A stretch of 64,000 nucleotides of DNA from Mytilus trossulus. Lineage: Eukaryota. The notes under the pieces were generated by a model. The model had not been told where the DNA came from. It saw only the letters and a list, made by a program, of their open reading frames with translations, and ran no database searches. The position numbers and the translations under genes are program-made. Of the stretch, positions 1 to 12,155 are shown piece by piece; position 1 is the stretch's first letter; every line of letters begins with the position of its first letter. The stretch covers positions 23,211,216-23,275,215 of the forward strand of contig NC_086385.1 in the NCBI RefSeq assembly GCF_036588685.1. The letters are read 5' to 3'.

Positions 1-48
1 AGAACATAACCCGTGCCATGCCAACAACTGTTTTTATAATAAATGTGT

Positions 49-945
49 TTAGTTCCGACGCAAAGACCTTATCAGTGACTCAATATTAACGCCAAAATAT
101 GCAATCTTTAATGACTTGACAACAGTATCGTAATTATATCCCTTCTTAATAAGTCTATTCAAAGGTTTTGTAAGTTTATGAGGTGAATACTGACACCTTT
201 GTGCTTTATAAAGAATATTTCCATAAAAAATTGGATGTGAAATACCTGAACGTATCAAAAGTCTGCATGTTGAGCTATATTTACGAATGATGTCTTTATA
301 CCGATGATAAAATTTAGTAAATGTTTTGACTAGTTTGTGATATCGAAAACCCTGGTGTAATAATTTTTCAGTAATACATAAATTTCTCTCGTTAAAATCT
401 AAAACATTGTTACATACACGAGCGAATCGTACAAGTTGAGATATATAAACACCGCAAGATGGTGACAAGGGAACGTCACCATCTAAAAACGGATAATTAA
501 CGATAGGAAATGAAAAATCATCCCTTTTATCATAAATTTTAGTATTCAGCTTTCCGTTAGTGATATAGATATCAAGATCGAGGAAAGGGCAGTGGTCATT
601 GTTAGTATTAGCTTTATTTAAAGTAAGTTCACCAGGATAAATTTCATTAATATACATACTGAAGTCGTCATTATTGATAGCCAAAATATCATCCAAATAT
701 CTAAAAGTATTATTAAATTGGTTTATCAGATGTTGTTTTGATGGGTCTTTGCTTATTTTTGTCATAAATTGTAACTCGTAACAATACAAAAAGAGGTCCG
801 CGATAGTGGTGCACAGTTAGTCCCCATTGGAATTCCGATAATCTGACGATATACGGAATCCCCAAAGCGAACAAAAATGTTATCTAGTAAAAATTCCAGG
901 GCATATATAGTATCAAAGCATGTCCAATTAACATAGTTTTTTTTG
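49..945 (-). pseudogene. Penelope-like retroelement reverse transcriptase fragment (5'-truncated, frameshifted)
   Basis: ORFs 762..1064 and 49..789 join across a frameshift near 800 to give RT motifs GIPMGTNCAP, FRYLDD, FLDL and the thumb region IYDKRDDFSFPIVNYPFL, typical of Penelope-like elements. Confidence 0.85.
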
Positions 946-3312
946 TTTATTGCTACTAAAAAATGACCTAAAAGAGTTTGAACATATATATTTACATTCT
1001 GATTTTTTGAATGCCCATTTAATATAAACATATTAAACATATATTTGGTAAGAATTATAAACATGTATATTGACGAAAATGCTATATTTCAATCGGTAAA
1101 CTTTAATCGATTTTTGAAATTTTAACAGCTGTCGTCTTTGCTAGTGAAATCGTTCGTTCATCATATGTGAATATGAAGTAGAATTATGAAAATGGACAAA
1201 ATTTAGGAATCTCATGTTTTTGTTTTTAATATTGATAAAATAAATGTTTGACATCTTGTCTTGACATGTTCATGATGTTTAAAACCAATGTATATTATGC
1301 TTTTGTGCGTCTTATTAGAATGTTTTTTTTCTCTGAATTAAACAAGTGTATGCAAAAAAAAGATAACATTGTTGTTTTATTTTTTTAAATTGTAATATGC
1401 TTGATAAATTGAATTTTATCAAACCTTGAATCTGGACAAATATCAAGTAGATATTATAACATAAAGGGTATTTACAGCGATATTTTTTAATGTCCTTCTT
1501 ATTCAGTGACACGTAGGCATTGTTTTATGTCAATGGTGCACATAATATTGAAGAAATGTGAATTCTTTTCAAGAAGTTTGCCTCAAATCTTATATATTTG
1601 TTTAAAAACATTTAAAACCCAAACTCCTTTGGATAAGATTAGGATGATGTATTCAATATATATCAAGGAAGCACTTGATGGACATACTGTGCAGATCGAA
1701 ATAATACAACTAAGTAAAGTAAAATTAGAGCACCTTATCTATGTTATCAATCACAAACTAAACTAAAAAGTAGACCAAGTCTAAAAGGATGAACGAATGA
1801 CTGGTAGTTATGATATCACTAGGTAAATATTGCGATGAAAGTTGATTTTTTATCTAAAGATAATAACAAAATGTTGATTGTTTTAACACTATTTTTAACA
1901 TTTTTACCTATAATGTCTGTTTGTCCTTTACACAGCGTTGTCAATATAATATAGTGAGAAGTTTAGATACCTAAAAAACAGGTTTCATCCACCATTTCCA
2001 ACATAATCTTTAACTGGTACCAAATCAGGAATATAGAAGTTGTTATCCATTTATTTGATATGTGTGAGCTTTAGACTTTGTTAGATGAAGGACTCTCCGT
2101 TTTGAAATCTTTCTCGGATGTAAAGTAATTTTTTCGAGAATCATTTCTATATTGTCTTATTAAGTTTACAACAAAAACATCTTCTTTTAAAATTTTGTGA
2201 TTAAATAAAAAAAATTGAAATTTTGTGAAAAAAATTAATCAACAAAAATATTAAGGCGAATCAACACATGAATAGGCCACACAAAATTATTTTCGAGTTC
2301 TACAGACTCTTACACTTGAAATATATTAGCGTGAGAGCGATTTGTTTTTCAAAGTTTTATTAGTGCAAAAAAAAAAAAGAAATTGTTTACCTCTTTCGAC
2401 AATATTTCTTAACATTATATGAAGGGTAAACAAAAAGAACGTTTCATCAAATTCCACCTAGTCATCAAACATCAGTTAGTGACAGCAATCGACGATATTA
2501 AATGGACACAGTTAGTGAAATTAAGAGTTCAAGCTAAGTCTCCTAAAAAAAAACAATATTTCATAAGGATCCGTTCGTCGTTAATGATTCTACTGGATTT
2601 AGAATAAAATGTAAAAATACACATGAGAACATGGATTACCGCTGTAGATACAATTATGTTTTGGCACTCTCTTCAGTTTAATTAATGTTATGGATATATA
2701 TATCTTGTGATTTAAAATGTCCTTTGGCATGTACATTTTTATATTTACCGACGAATATGCTAATATACTAAAATTTATGCAAAATGCTGTTACCATAAAA
2801 TAGATCTGTACAGTGAATGATATGAAATTTAAAAAATTATGTTATACATTTTTCCATCAGAGCTCTACAGAATGTGATCTTTATTATTATTTTAATGTTC
2901 CGATATTAAATAGTGAAATAATATTTCTCAATATAATCTACGATGTACATATGGATATGTCAACGAAACTGGCCATTTTTTCGTTCTTTATAATTGCATT
3001 TTCCAACTTAACAATTTCACATTTATATTTCAGATGATATGTATGACAACATCTGATATTAAAGGAAGCCATTATAGAATTAGAATATAACAATCATATG
3101 TTTATGTTAACGCCTGATTTAGTACTTAATATGATTTGAACAGCTTTGCCATGAATTAATAATTTAATTTTGGATGTAACGCGTCTCCTGATTGGCTGAC
3201 GTTATTTTGTTATGAGCCTGTAGACATAATTTAGTCATGTGACCGTAACGTCACTACGTTTTTTCATGGTTTTCTACGGTTTAAAACCGAATTTAGAATT
3301 AAATTATAAGAA

Positions 3313-4955
3313 AAAAGTAAAATCACAAAAATACTGAACTCAGAGGAAAATCAATTTGGAAAGTCCATAATCACATGGCAAAATCAAAAAACAAAACGCA
3401 TCAAAAACGAATGGACAAGAACTGTCATATTCCTGACTTGGTACAGGCATTTTCAAATGTAGAAAATGGTGGATTAAACCTGGTTCTATAGCGCTAACCC
3501 TCTCACTTTAATAACAGTCTCATCAAATTCCGTTACATTTACATGATGCGTTAAATAAACAGTCACAATCAATAAAATAGTCAAAATATGGGAACATCAG
3601 TCATCATCGTATAACAATTTAACAGGACACAACAACATCTACTATCTACGAACACATGGATTGATTTGAGTGTCTGACGTCAGAAAAATTATATACGTCA
3701 CATAAATGTGTCGTTCAATGTGCATACAATAGTTATCAAAAGTACCTGGATTATAAACAATTTTAAATTTTACATAGGCAATGAGCGCAGACAGGGTTAA
3801 AAAATCAAAAGTATGTAAGAATAAATTACAGAAATCGAACTAGTCCAAAAGTTATACATAGAATTTATGAGAATCCAAAACTTTTAAAAGGAACAATTTA
3901 ACAAGACACAAAAACCTATCCACGAACACATGGATCTACTTGAGTGTCCGACGTCAGAAAAATTATATACGTCACATAAATTTGTCGTTCAATGTGCATA
4001 CAAACAATTTTAAAATATACATAGGCAATGTACGCATACAGGGTTAAAAAATCAAAAGTATGTAAGAATAAATTACAGAAATAGACCGAGATTCAAACTA
4101 GTCCAAAAATTATACATAGAATATATGAGAATCCAAAACTTTTTAAAGGGAACAATTTAACAGGACACAATAACATCTACTGTCTAAGAACACATGGATT
4201 GATTTGAGTGTCTGACGTTAGAAAAATTATATACGTCACATAAATTTGTTGTTCAATGTGCATACAAACAATTTAAAAAAAAAATTGCATAGGCAATGTA
4301 CGCATACAGAGTTAAAAAATCAAAAGTATGTAAGAATAAATTACAGAAATAGACCGAGATTCAAACTAGTTCAAAAGTTATACATAGAATTTATAAGAAT
4401 CCAAAAATTGTCAATTCCACTACGCCATTGATTGATTTTGACGTTTGTGGTTCAACGTATACAAGTAATTCATAATAGAAATATATCATAATGACATATT
4501 ATAGACAAATATCATACTGACGGGATCTTTTAAAGTACAGAGTCACGTTATAAGCACAAAAGAAATACAAAGAGTCACATATACAAAACAAATCACCAAA
4601 AAATGAAAGCCAATACAAACACATTGACGAGATGTATAAGTACCGAGCCACGTCAAACGGATATCACATAAAACCATTCAACAGTAAAAGTAATCTTAAT
4701 AATAGAACAAAAACAAATAAAAGAACAATAAAACATGTTGTTAAGATGATACACAACATCAGTACGCAGAATCTATACATCAAGACCATCGTGTATTATT
4801 TGAGAAGTTGATACGGAATATTTATCAACAAGGTCTTGGTACCTTCCGATGAACTTTTTTAGAAAAAGGACGAGACGTTCTTTGACATACCCCTGGTTCA
4901 TCAACTTTCTACTCAGACACTGATGACGTTTTACAAAGTCTGAGTAAGAAATGAC
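3313..4955 (-). mobile_element. Truncated Penelope-like element 3' end with a long tail
   Basis: 4773-4950 encodes YSDFVKRHQCLSRKLMNQGYVKERLVLFLKKFIGRY, which parallels the C-terminal part of the RT at 49..789. It is followed on the - strand by a tail containing tandem repeats. Boundaries are approximate. Confidence 0.55.
3613..4410. repeat. Tandem repeat, about 3 copies of a 260-280-bp unit
   Basis: AACAATTTAACA(G/A)GACACAA...GAACACATGGAT...GACGTCAGAAAAATTATATACGTCACATAAAT...CAAAAGTATGTAAGAATAAATTACAGAAAT recurs starting near 3613, 3891 and 4151. Confidence 0.9.
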
Positions 4956-5135
4956 TGTAATTTTTTTTCTGTCTTTTCGAAATAACATGAAAAATGTGGT
5001 GCACACTGTTAAATAACCCGCAGTATGATCACTTTCAATCATTCTTTTAAAAATTAATAAACTGTAGGCAAATTTTGTATACGTTTTCTTGGGCAATTAG
5101 TAGGATGCCCAAACAACAGATTTTATCGATTTGCC

Positions 5136-8100
5136 TTAACGGAATAACACACGGCTATATTTTATATCGTTGGAAAGAGGAGAACAAGCCTCATCGAAAT
5201 AGCGTTGTTGTCGTTGTCTGTCGTGGTCACGCTTTAAATCAGGGTCGAAGGTCAAAGCAAAAATTCAAGAAAAATGCACAGTCACATTTAGATAGCTCGT
5301 TTCTCCTACATATGTGCGTTAGGAGCAAAATAAAAAGAACGAATTCATAGAAAAATATCTGTTGTATCTACATTTAGAACTTGTTTTATATTTTTAACGC
5401 TAAGAATTACTTTCGATTGACTTTTTTGTATATGGGGTGCAAATTTGAAATTTTCAAACAACTGTTAAATAACAGTGACCTTGACCTATTTCAATTTCTA
5501 AAGTTGATTTTTTTTTTGTATTCAATACGATACAAGTAAGATCTAAAGATGTTTTTTATATCTTAACTTTAATCATTTGTCGAAATAAAAAATGTGTTTA
5601 TCACGTCTTTTGCTAGTAAGGTGTTCGTCAATTTCTAGGTAAAAATCAAATTTCTGTTATTTTGTGTGAAAGGGTATATATAAATGATTATTTTCGAAAT
5701 TAACGTCGGACTTGGTTGAATATAAAGCTCTGTGTATGGCTTTGTTTTACAGAAGTAAAAAATAGCGCAAACAGAAAAAAAGGGGGGGATAAAGTTATGA
5801 AAACTAAACATGATTAAAAATATGTAAAACACCCCATCCTACATATACAGATGACTAAATGAGCAACAATTGGCTATATTGTTTACAAGTATTCCAAAAA
5901 TATAATCAGGGAGAGGGTTATGTACAGCACCGATGTATTTTAACAAACAATTCCAAACAAAAAAAGCGCGAGAAACCACAGGAATATTAAAAACTTATAA
6001 AATGATGACAAGCAGACAACATCATGGCATAAACACGAAAAAGAATAACAAATACAAATAGAAAATTATGATCGAGGCTAGTATTACCTACTACATTCTA
6101 TGGTCTCCTCTAGTTTAAGCCCACCAACCAAGTAAAAGGGTAGAGAACATATGGCAGGTTTTTATTTATCATTTTTTTTTTACATATCCTTCGGATCCCC
6201 ACTAGATAGATTATTACTATATTTCCCAGCATTTCAAAATTGAGTATATATTTTACCGGTATTTATTGTTTTGAGAGTATTATGGACTGCTTAATTTTCA
6301 TTCGATAGCTAACAGTGATTTATAAGGTACATACAAAAAAATGAAATCTTATACATCGTCATCTTCGTCGTAATTAATGTTTCTAATTCCAACCACACGA
6401 ATATTTATATTTTGGCATGTGTAATTTGCCTGACATGGACATAAATATGTATACAGGATAGATTTTGTTCGGAGCAAATGGCACCCTTTGAAACACAGGT
6501 TTACCTTACAAGTACAAACTAAATCTTGCAGAAATTCGGATGACATATGACCTTCGAGATAGATAGGAACAAGTAAATCTTCTTTTCCAATTCGAACTTA
6601 AGAGGAGAATGTTAGGGTAGTTTTGCTTTATGGGAAGACATCAAATTTATGTCATGAGTGAAGCTCTTATTATATGTTGTTTAAAAGTAGATTCACAAGG
6701 AGGAAGTTTGACAAGGGAGAAATTTTAAATTGTAGCCAGTTTTACGCTCAATTTGTTTAGATCACGGTGATCTATTCGTAGTTTTGACTTGAGATCATTC
6801 AACCTGGCAACCTGGCAACCAGATCCTATGCTGCATCTATAAATTCATCGATGTCATAATAAGATAGGTTTGACAAACTCAACTAGGTTGTCCTTCGAGA
6901 CTAAAAAGCAGTGCGCTAACTGATCATAAACACAGCCGATTACGTTGTATTGCATCATGTTACAGCATGTACGGTTGGTAGAACGTTACAGATGGCAAAC
7001 TGAGACTTTTACATATTTCGTGGACAGGTATATAGCGGCGCAAATCTTGTATACAAATTACAGTGCCTGTTTGAAACCATAGCTCATGCGTATACTGCAT
7101 GGAGTGGGTGTAGGGAACGCATAATATTAGAACATTTGTATCTTGTGTCTTTGTTATTATCCTACCCTTGATTCCTTTCACACCGAACTCTTGAACAGCA
7201 TGTAAAATCATGCGAGTATCTACTTCATCGGGCGTACAAAATAATTCTTAAATCCTGATGTAGGGTCCTTGGAAGTGCTAGCTAGACTATGACTTCCTCA
7301 TGTAGCATAGTAACTGTTCATCTACCATGATGCTGAACAATCGATTCGCAAAGAAATCTGATTAAGGCCTGTTGAATCTCACTGACGACTTCTATATATG
7401 ACCTGAAACACTTTAACAGACGAACAAGAACTTGATTCAGCTTTAAAATAACTGCAGTTGTGTCTGCAAGTGTAAAATTTATAGCAAGAATGGTGCCGGG
7501 TACAACATTTTGAAATCATCAGTACGAAGATGGTCTAGGTCTGACGCATCATGCATGCATAAACTAAACTTCCGTGCTCCCATAGGCTCGATAAAGCGTT
7601 TGTTTGTGCCTATGCCTTGCATATCAATAAGCAATTCATTAAAAGAACCCTGACATATAACACACTTATCCCATTGTATTTCATTCCTACTTCGTCGCGT
7701 GCTGGATTGGCATAGTTTAACATGACTGTGAATGTGTGCCATATTCCGGGTCTGAAACGTGACCGAAGGATTTGATTTGTAAATTACAAATATAACAAAA
7801 CAATCAATTCAAAAAAAGCAATTAAAGTTATAAAAAAAGAACAAAAAAATATTTCCAATTGCAAAACAACGATCTTCAAACTAACTGGACTATTCCAAAT
7901 ATACAAATCGACCACACAACAAGCTTAAAAGAGAAATGAAGTCAGTGAGAATTGTCCTAGTTAATGACCTGATAGTGTAAGCTACAAAACGATTAACGGC
8001 ACGAGAAAAGGCATGTCTGAATAAAGGCAGAATTATCACTAAATTTGTGTTTTAAATTACTGTTTTCTTCTCAGCGATTAACATTACACGAAAGATATTT

Positions 8101-8517
8101 GGTACACATATGAACCATGTCTTATTGGTGTAATCAGAGTAAAAATCTTGTGAAAGTAACACGCAATAAATTTTCTTTCGTTCAAAATGTGGTAAATTTC
8201 AGCAAAAAAAAAAGAGTCTTACTAAAATCATGAAATACTTAAACTTAAATTATATAAATCTTTTGCAGCTTTTGTTATATGATAAATTTAATTTTTAAGC
8301 TAAATGATAAGTATCATTTGAACAAATAACACAGAAAACAATAACTTCATTTTTCGTGTTGAAGATGGTCTGTATGATCATGTTTCTGTCGGTACCCTAA
8401 GAAACCACAAAATTTTGAAAAACGTTACCACAGGAGCATACGACGACATTCATGATTGGAAAATATAATGATTTTCCAATAGTTTGCATATAAATATAGC
8501 CGTGTGTTATCCGTTAA
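5136..8517 (-). mobile_element. Internally deleted, degenerate AcademX-like DNA transposon
   Basis: An inverted repeat bounds the element: TTAACGGAATAACACACGGCTATATTT (5136-5162) against the reverse complement of 8492-8517. Inside, minus-strand remnants read WDKCVICQ (N-terminal), EVDTRMILHA...DTNVLILCV...LWFQTG...RRYIPVHEIC (XPG/PIN-like region) and a Cys-rich CxC tail (6349..6546). No TSD was resolved. Confidence 0.7.
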
Positions 8518-9615
8518 CTTATTCTCGTTAACTAGACGTCTTTTTCGATACTGGGCACCCTACTAAATGATTAACAAAATAATTATACTAAAAAAGGGCA
8601 GTCCAAAATTAAGGTAAAGGTCTTTCATTAGGCAACCGTACGACTTCAACAATGAGAAAAAAATGCAAATTTCTATCATTATTTCATAACATAACATGAT
8701 AATGTTTCCCCCAAACAATTACCATATCCACACTGAATGTCAATACCATAGAGCATTTTTACGAATACTTCTATAAAGATAACAACCACGACTTACTAAA
8801 GAAATTCTATAAATGAAACAATTTTTTGAAGTTTTAACATCATGTAAATTATAAATTCACCAATTTTCCCACTTTAGACAATAACAATCAAAAACAAGGA
8901 GTAAACAAAGACTCTAAAAACCAAATAGAATTGATGCCTACAAATTCACATACGATTCTGATCAATAGACTTTGTGCGATTCCTGTGACTCGATAAATGT
9001 GATTTGATCGTGTGTAAATTACTGTCGCCTCAATATAACATTTTTAAATCTAAAAAAGAAATGCTGGTGTATGTACCGTACATATTGAAAGTGTTGCTTG
9101 GTGGACAAGGTGTTTTTATCGAAAAAAGTTAAAGAAAAAAAATTCCGAGGAAAATTAAAAACGGAAAGTTCCTAATCAAATGGCCAAATCTAATGATAAA
9201 ACACATCAAACGAATGGACAACAACTGTCATATTCCTGAATTGGTACAAGCATTTAAATGAAGAAAATGGTGGATTGAACCTGGTTTTATAGCTAGATAA
9301 ACCTCTCACTTGTATGACTGAGTGTACATGTATTATGTAGTTCTAGGTCGAATGAAATATGATATATTTGAAAATTGTATTTAACACTTGAAGATGTGTT
9401 AAACCCAGAGAACTTCCACCAGGAGGAATGACAAATCGTTGAATTATCACCAGTGATAATGAGGCTTCCAGATGCACTTGAGCCATTAAAAATCAAATAC
9501 CTTGTAGCTTACACTACACAGATGTGTTAGCATCATATTTCACTTCATTGATAAAAACACAATATGTTGTACTTTTAGACAATTTATAATTACACAATTT
9601 ATACACAGTTTACTG

Positions 9616-10391
9616 TTATTCCCACATATGCCCCATATATTGGATTCCAACAGGATTAGGATAAAGTTCTCTAACAAGTTCCAAAACACACTCCGGCATA
9701 ATTTCCCGCTGGTGCATTACAACCCATTCCCCACCACCAAGTCTTTTCTTTTTATCCAAATACTGTGGAAGTAACCATCCATACATATTGTTCACACATT
9801 TCCAAAATCTTCTGTATATCCCTTTTCGTATCTGGGGGTTTGCATTTGAGGGTGGTTGGCCATTTCCTACCCATGGAGCCGTAATATATGAGGTAGCAAC
9901 ACATGGGGTGATGAAACAATAAGGACATTGTCCTTCTCGTAATGCAATGTCCTCATGACCTGAATCTGGATCTCCACTGTCACCATTGTCATCTCTGTCA
10001 CCACTTTCATCCTGAATATTTCCTTGGCTTGAAGAAGTGCTTCCTTTCTCATCCTTTTTAGACCTTTTTCTCTTTATACATTTCTTTTCTAAAATAAAAT
10101 TGCAGTCATAAATAATAGAATATATATAAATATTAAGATAAGCATTCTTCACATTTAAATTTGTCATATTATTATTATAATGTTATAAGTTAACATAATT
10201 AGATTTAAAAGATAAATTAATATTCACATTTACAGAATAATGCTTTATTGAAATATCTATAAAGTAAATGAATAAAAAAAAAAATACTTACCAACAATAC
10301 ATGATGTCATATTTTGCTCTTTCAAAAATATCATCAATTTATCCCTTTCCTCTTCATTTACTTTCAAAACCATTTCACATCTTTTTTCCAT
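9616..10391 (-). CDS. KolX-like accessory protein of a Kolobok transposon (P2X7 cytoplasmic-ballast-like), 2 exons, about 190 aa, intact
   Basis: Exons 10391-10292 (MEKRCEMV...CIV, GTAAGT donor, phase 1) and 10088-9616 splice in frame. The C-terminus CPYC..PC...IRKGIYRRFW...GW...REIMPECVLELVRELYPNPVGIQYMGH matches the ballast/KolX pattern (R...YR...R..LP.CV...IR..YP.P.G.Y.G). Confidence 0.75.
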
Positions 10392-10430
10392 CTTTGCTTT
10401 TGTAATTTCTTCTTACATTTGACCTGATCT

Positions 10431-10606
10431 AAGTCATGTGATTATATGTTTGAATTTGATTGGTCTACTTAACTTTGCGCCTAATTTTTCAATTTAAAAT
10501 CAAATCTGATTGGACCAGATTCTTTTCAAAGTCATGTGATTTATAAACTTTGAATTTGATTGGTTTGCTCATTTTTGCGCTTATATTCTTTCAATTTCAA
10601 ATCAAA
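10431..10606. promoter_or_regulatory. Putative bidirectional promoter between KolX and the Kolobok transposase
   Basis: The two ATGs (10391 and 10643) are head-to-head, 251 bp apart. A roughly 75-bp module is duplicated (10431 and 10529). ATTGG (CCAAT box) occurs at 10459, 10509 and 10559, with TTTGAA and TTTGCGC motifs nearby. Confidence 0.5.
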
Positions 10607-10642
10607 CACAGTATTTTGATCCTGTATACAACAAGTTTCAAG

Positions 10643-11768
10643 ATGGCTAGCAATATGAATATACTAAGTAATATTACAAATGTGGAGTATTTTAATAGAA
10701 AGAGACCTTCAAATGGAGAAGTGAAACCTAGAAAATCCATTGACTACAATTTTGACAATGACTCACAAAAGTTGGCATTTGATGAAAAATATGAAGGCCT
10801 AAAGAGGAAAATGGAAGTAAAATCTAATGTGGACATTTTGAACATTTTGATGGACTTTTACAATCAGAACTGTTCAACTCCAAAGCTTGAAGAAATACCA
10901 AATCCAAATGATAATAGTGAACAGGATGACCAAGACCTTTTTGTTTGCTCTAAACAGAAACTATTTGAACTTGTACGCCTAACACAGTGGTATGGTCCTC
11001 TTGAACCGGCCGAAATGACAAAAATTGGACATGTTGCAAGACTAGTTGTTAAACCAGTGAAAACAACATCTTTTCCGATTTTCTGGCATTCCTTATCCGC
11101 ACTGAAGCAGGACTTTACAGTGAATTACAAGTTGATACATTCTTATCTCTGTGCTGGGATGTTTCCTGCTCAATACGAACGGTTTAGTAGCTTTGCTAAC
11201 ATTGGACTTTCACAGAAACGATTTCGGGAAAAAATGTTTCCAACATTCAAACAGGTGGTAATATCGCTTCGGGACAAGAGCATTAATGATGCGTTAAAAG
11301 AGGAAAAAGAGAAAAACTCTTATAGTGATAATAAACTTGATATAATGACAGATGCAAGACATGCATGTAGAAAGAACAGTTATCATACTGATGTAACAGC
11401 TCTGGGGAACTTGACTCACAAAGTAGTAGGTTATAGTCACGTTACAAAGAACCAGGAAAGGAGTTCCCAGAAACATGAAACCTTTGGTACAGAAAAGCTT
11501 TACGAAGATTTCGAAAGAAAGAGGATTAAAGTGAAGTTCATTCGCATGATAGAAATGCATCTGTCAGTAAATATCTGAGCCAAAACCAACCAGATGTAAT
11601 TGATTCCTATGATACTTAGCATGGTGCAAAGGAGGTGCGGAGGAATATGGCAAAAATTACAGAGGGGACAAGGAAAAACATCGGAAAGACATGGCATCCT
11701 GAACTTAGAGACAAATCTGCCGGTGTTAAAACCCATGTTTACTGAGCAAAAGAATTGCAATGGTAATG
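10643..11768 (+). pseudogene. Kolobok-type DDE transposase, 5' part (interrupted by AcademH)
   Basis: ATG at 10643; motifs IMTDARH (first D), then after a frameshift near 11535 HDRN (second D) and YDT*H (DxWH with W to stop). A second W-to-stop and a frameshift near 11745-11750 follow. It ends KNCNGN at the TSD. Confidence 0.8.
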
Positions 11769-11846
11769 CAATCTCCGGCGCAGAGATCACATATCCGTTC
11801 CGTTCAATACTACGTAACACTACACTCAATATGACCTCTGCCATAC
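11769..11846 (+). repeat. AcademH left terminal inverted repeat
   Basis: The first 21 bp are the perfect reverse complement of 31621-31641; the match continues imperfectly to about 75 bp. Confidence 0.95.
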
Positions 11847-12155
11847 CTTTTTTTGCGTACTTTTTCTTCTCAATCTCTAAACAAAAATGAAATGCCTATG
11901 ATGACTTTTTTTATCAAAATTTAGCAATCAATCTTCAATTTTAAAAGAATAACAAAAGTTTTAATGAAATTTAATTAAAAAATTTATATTTATCAAATAA
12001 AAGCTGATTGTCGCACTTCTGTTATAGATTGTATTTCCTGTCAAATTATGTAAACAAAGTAGTCTGCAAAGGGATTATTTTTATTTCTGTAGCGATGTTT
12101 TTTATACATATTTCACTTTTTTTATGGATTTCTTCTTCAATTTAGATAATTTGAT

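Noticed and set aside
1315-3037. Short ORFs from the six-frame track (also most 60-90-aa ORFs elsewhere)
   Set aside because: They are low-complexity translations of AT-rich or repeat DNA with no recognisable motifs or splice support.
8520-9615. TTAA-flanked left terminus for the Kolobok-like element
   Set aside because: I compared TTAA sites here with those in 32222-33700 and found no convincing inverted pair (best: TTAAACCC near 9399 against GGGTTTAA near 32973, too short). The element's ends remain undefined.
10550-10642. Hydrophobic N-terminal extension of the 342-aa ORF
   Set aside because: It starts at TTG inside the promoter repeat; the ATG at 10643 is the plausible eukaryotic start.
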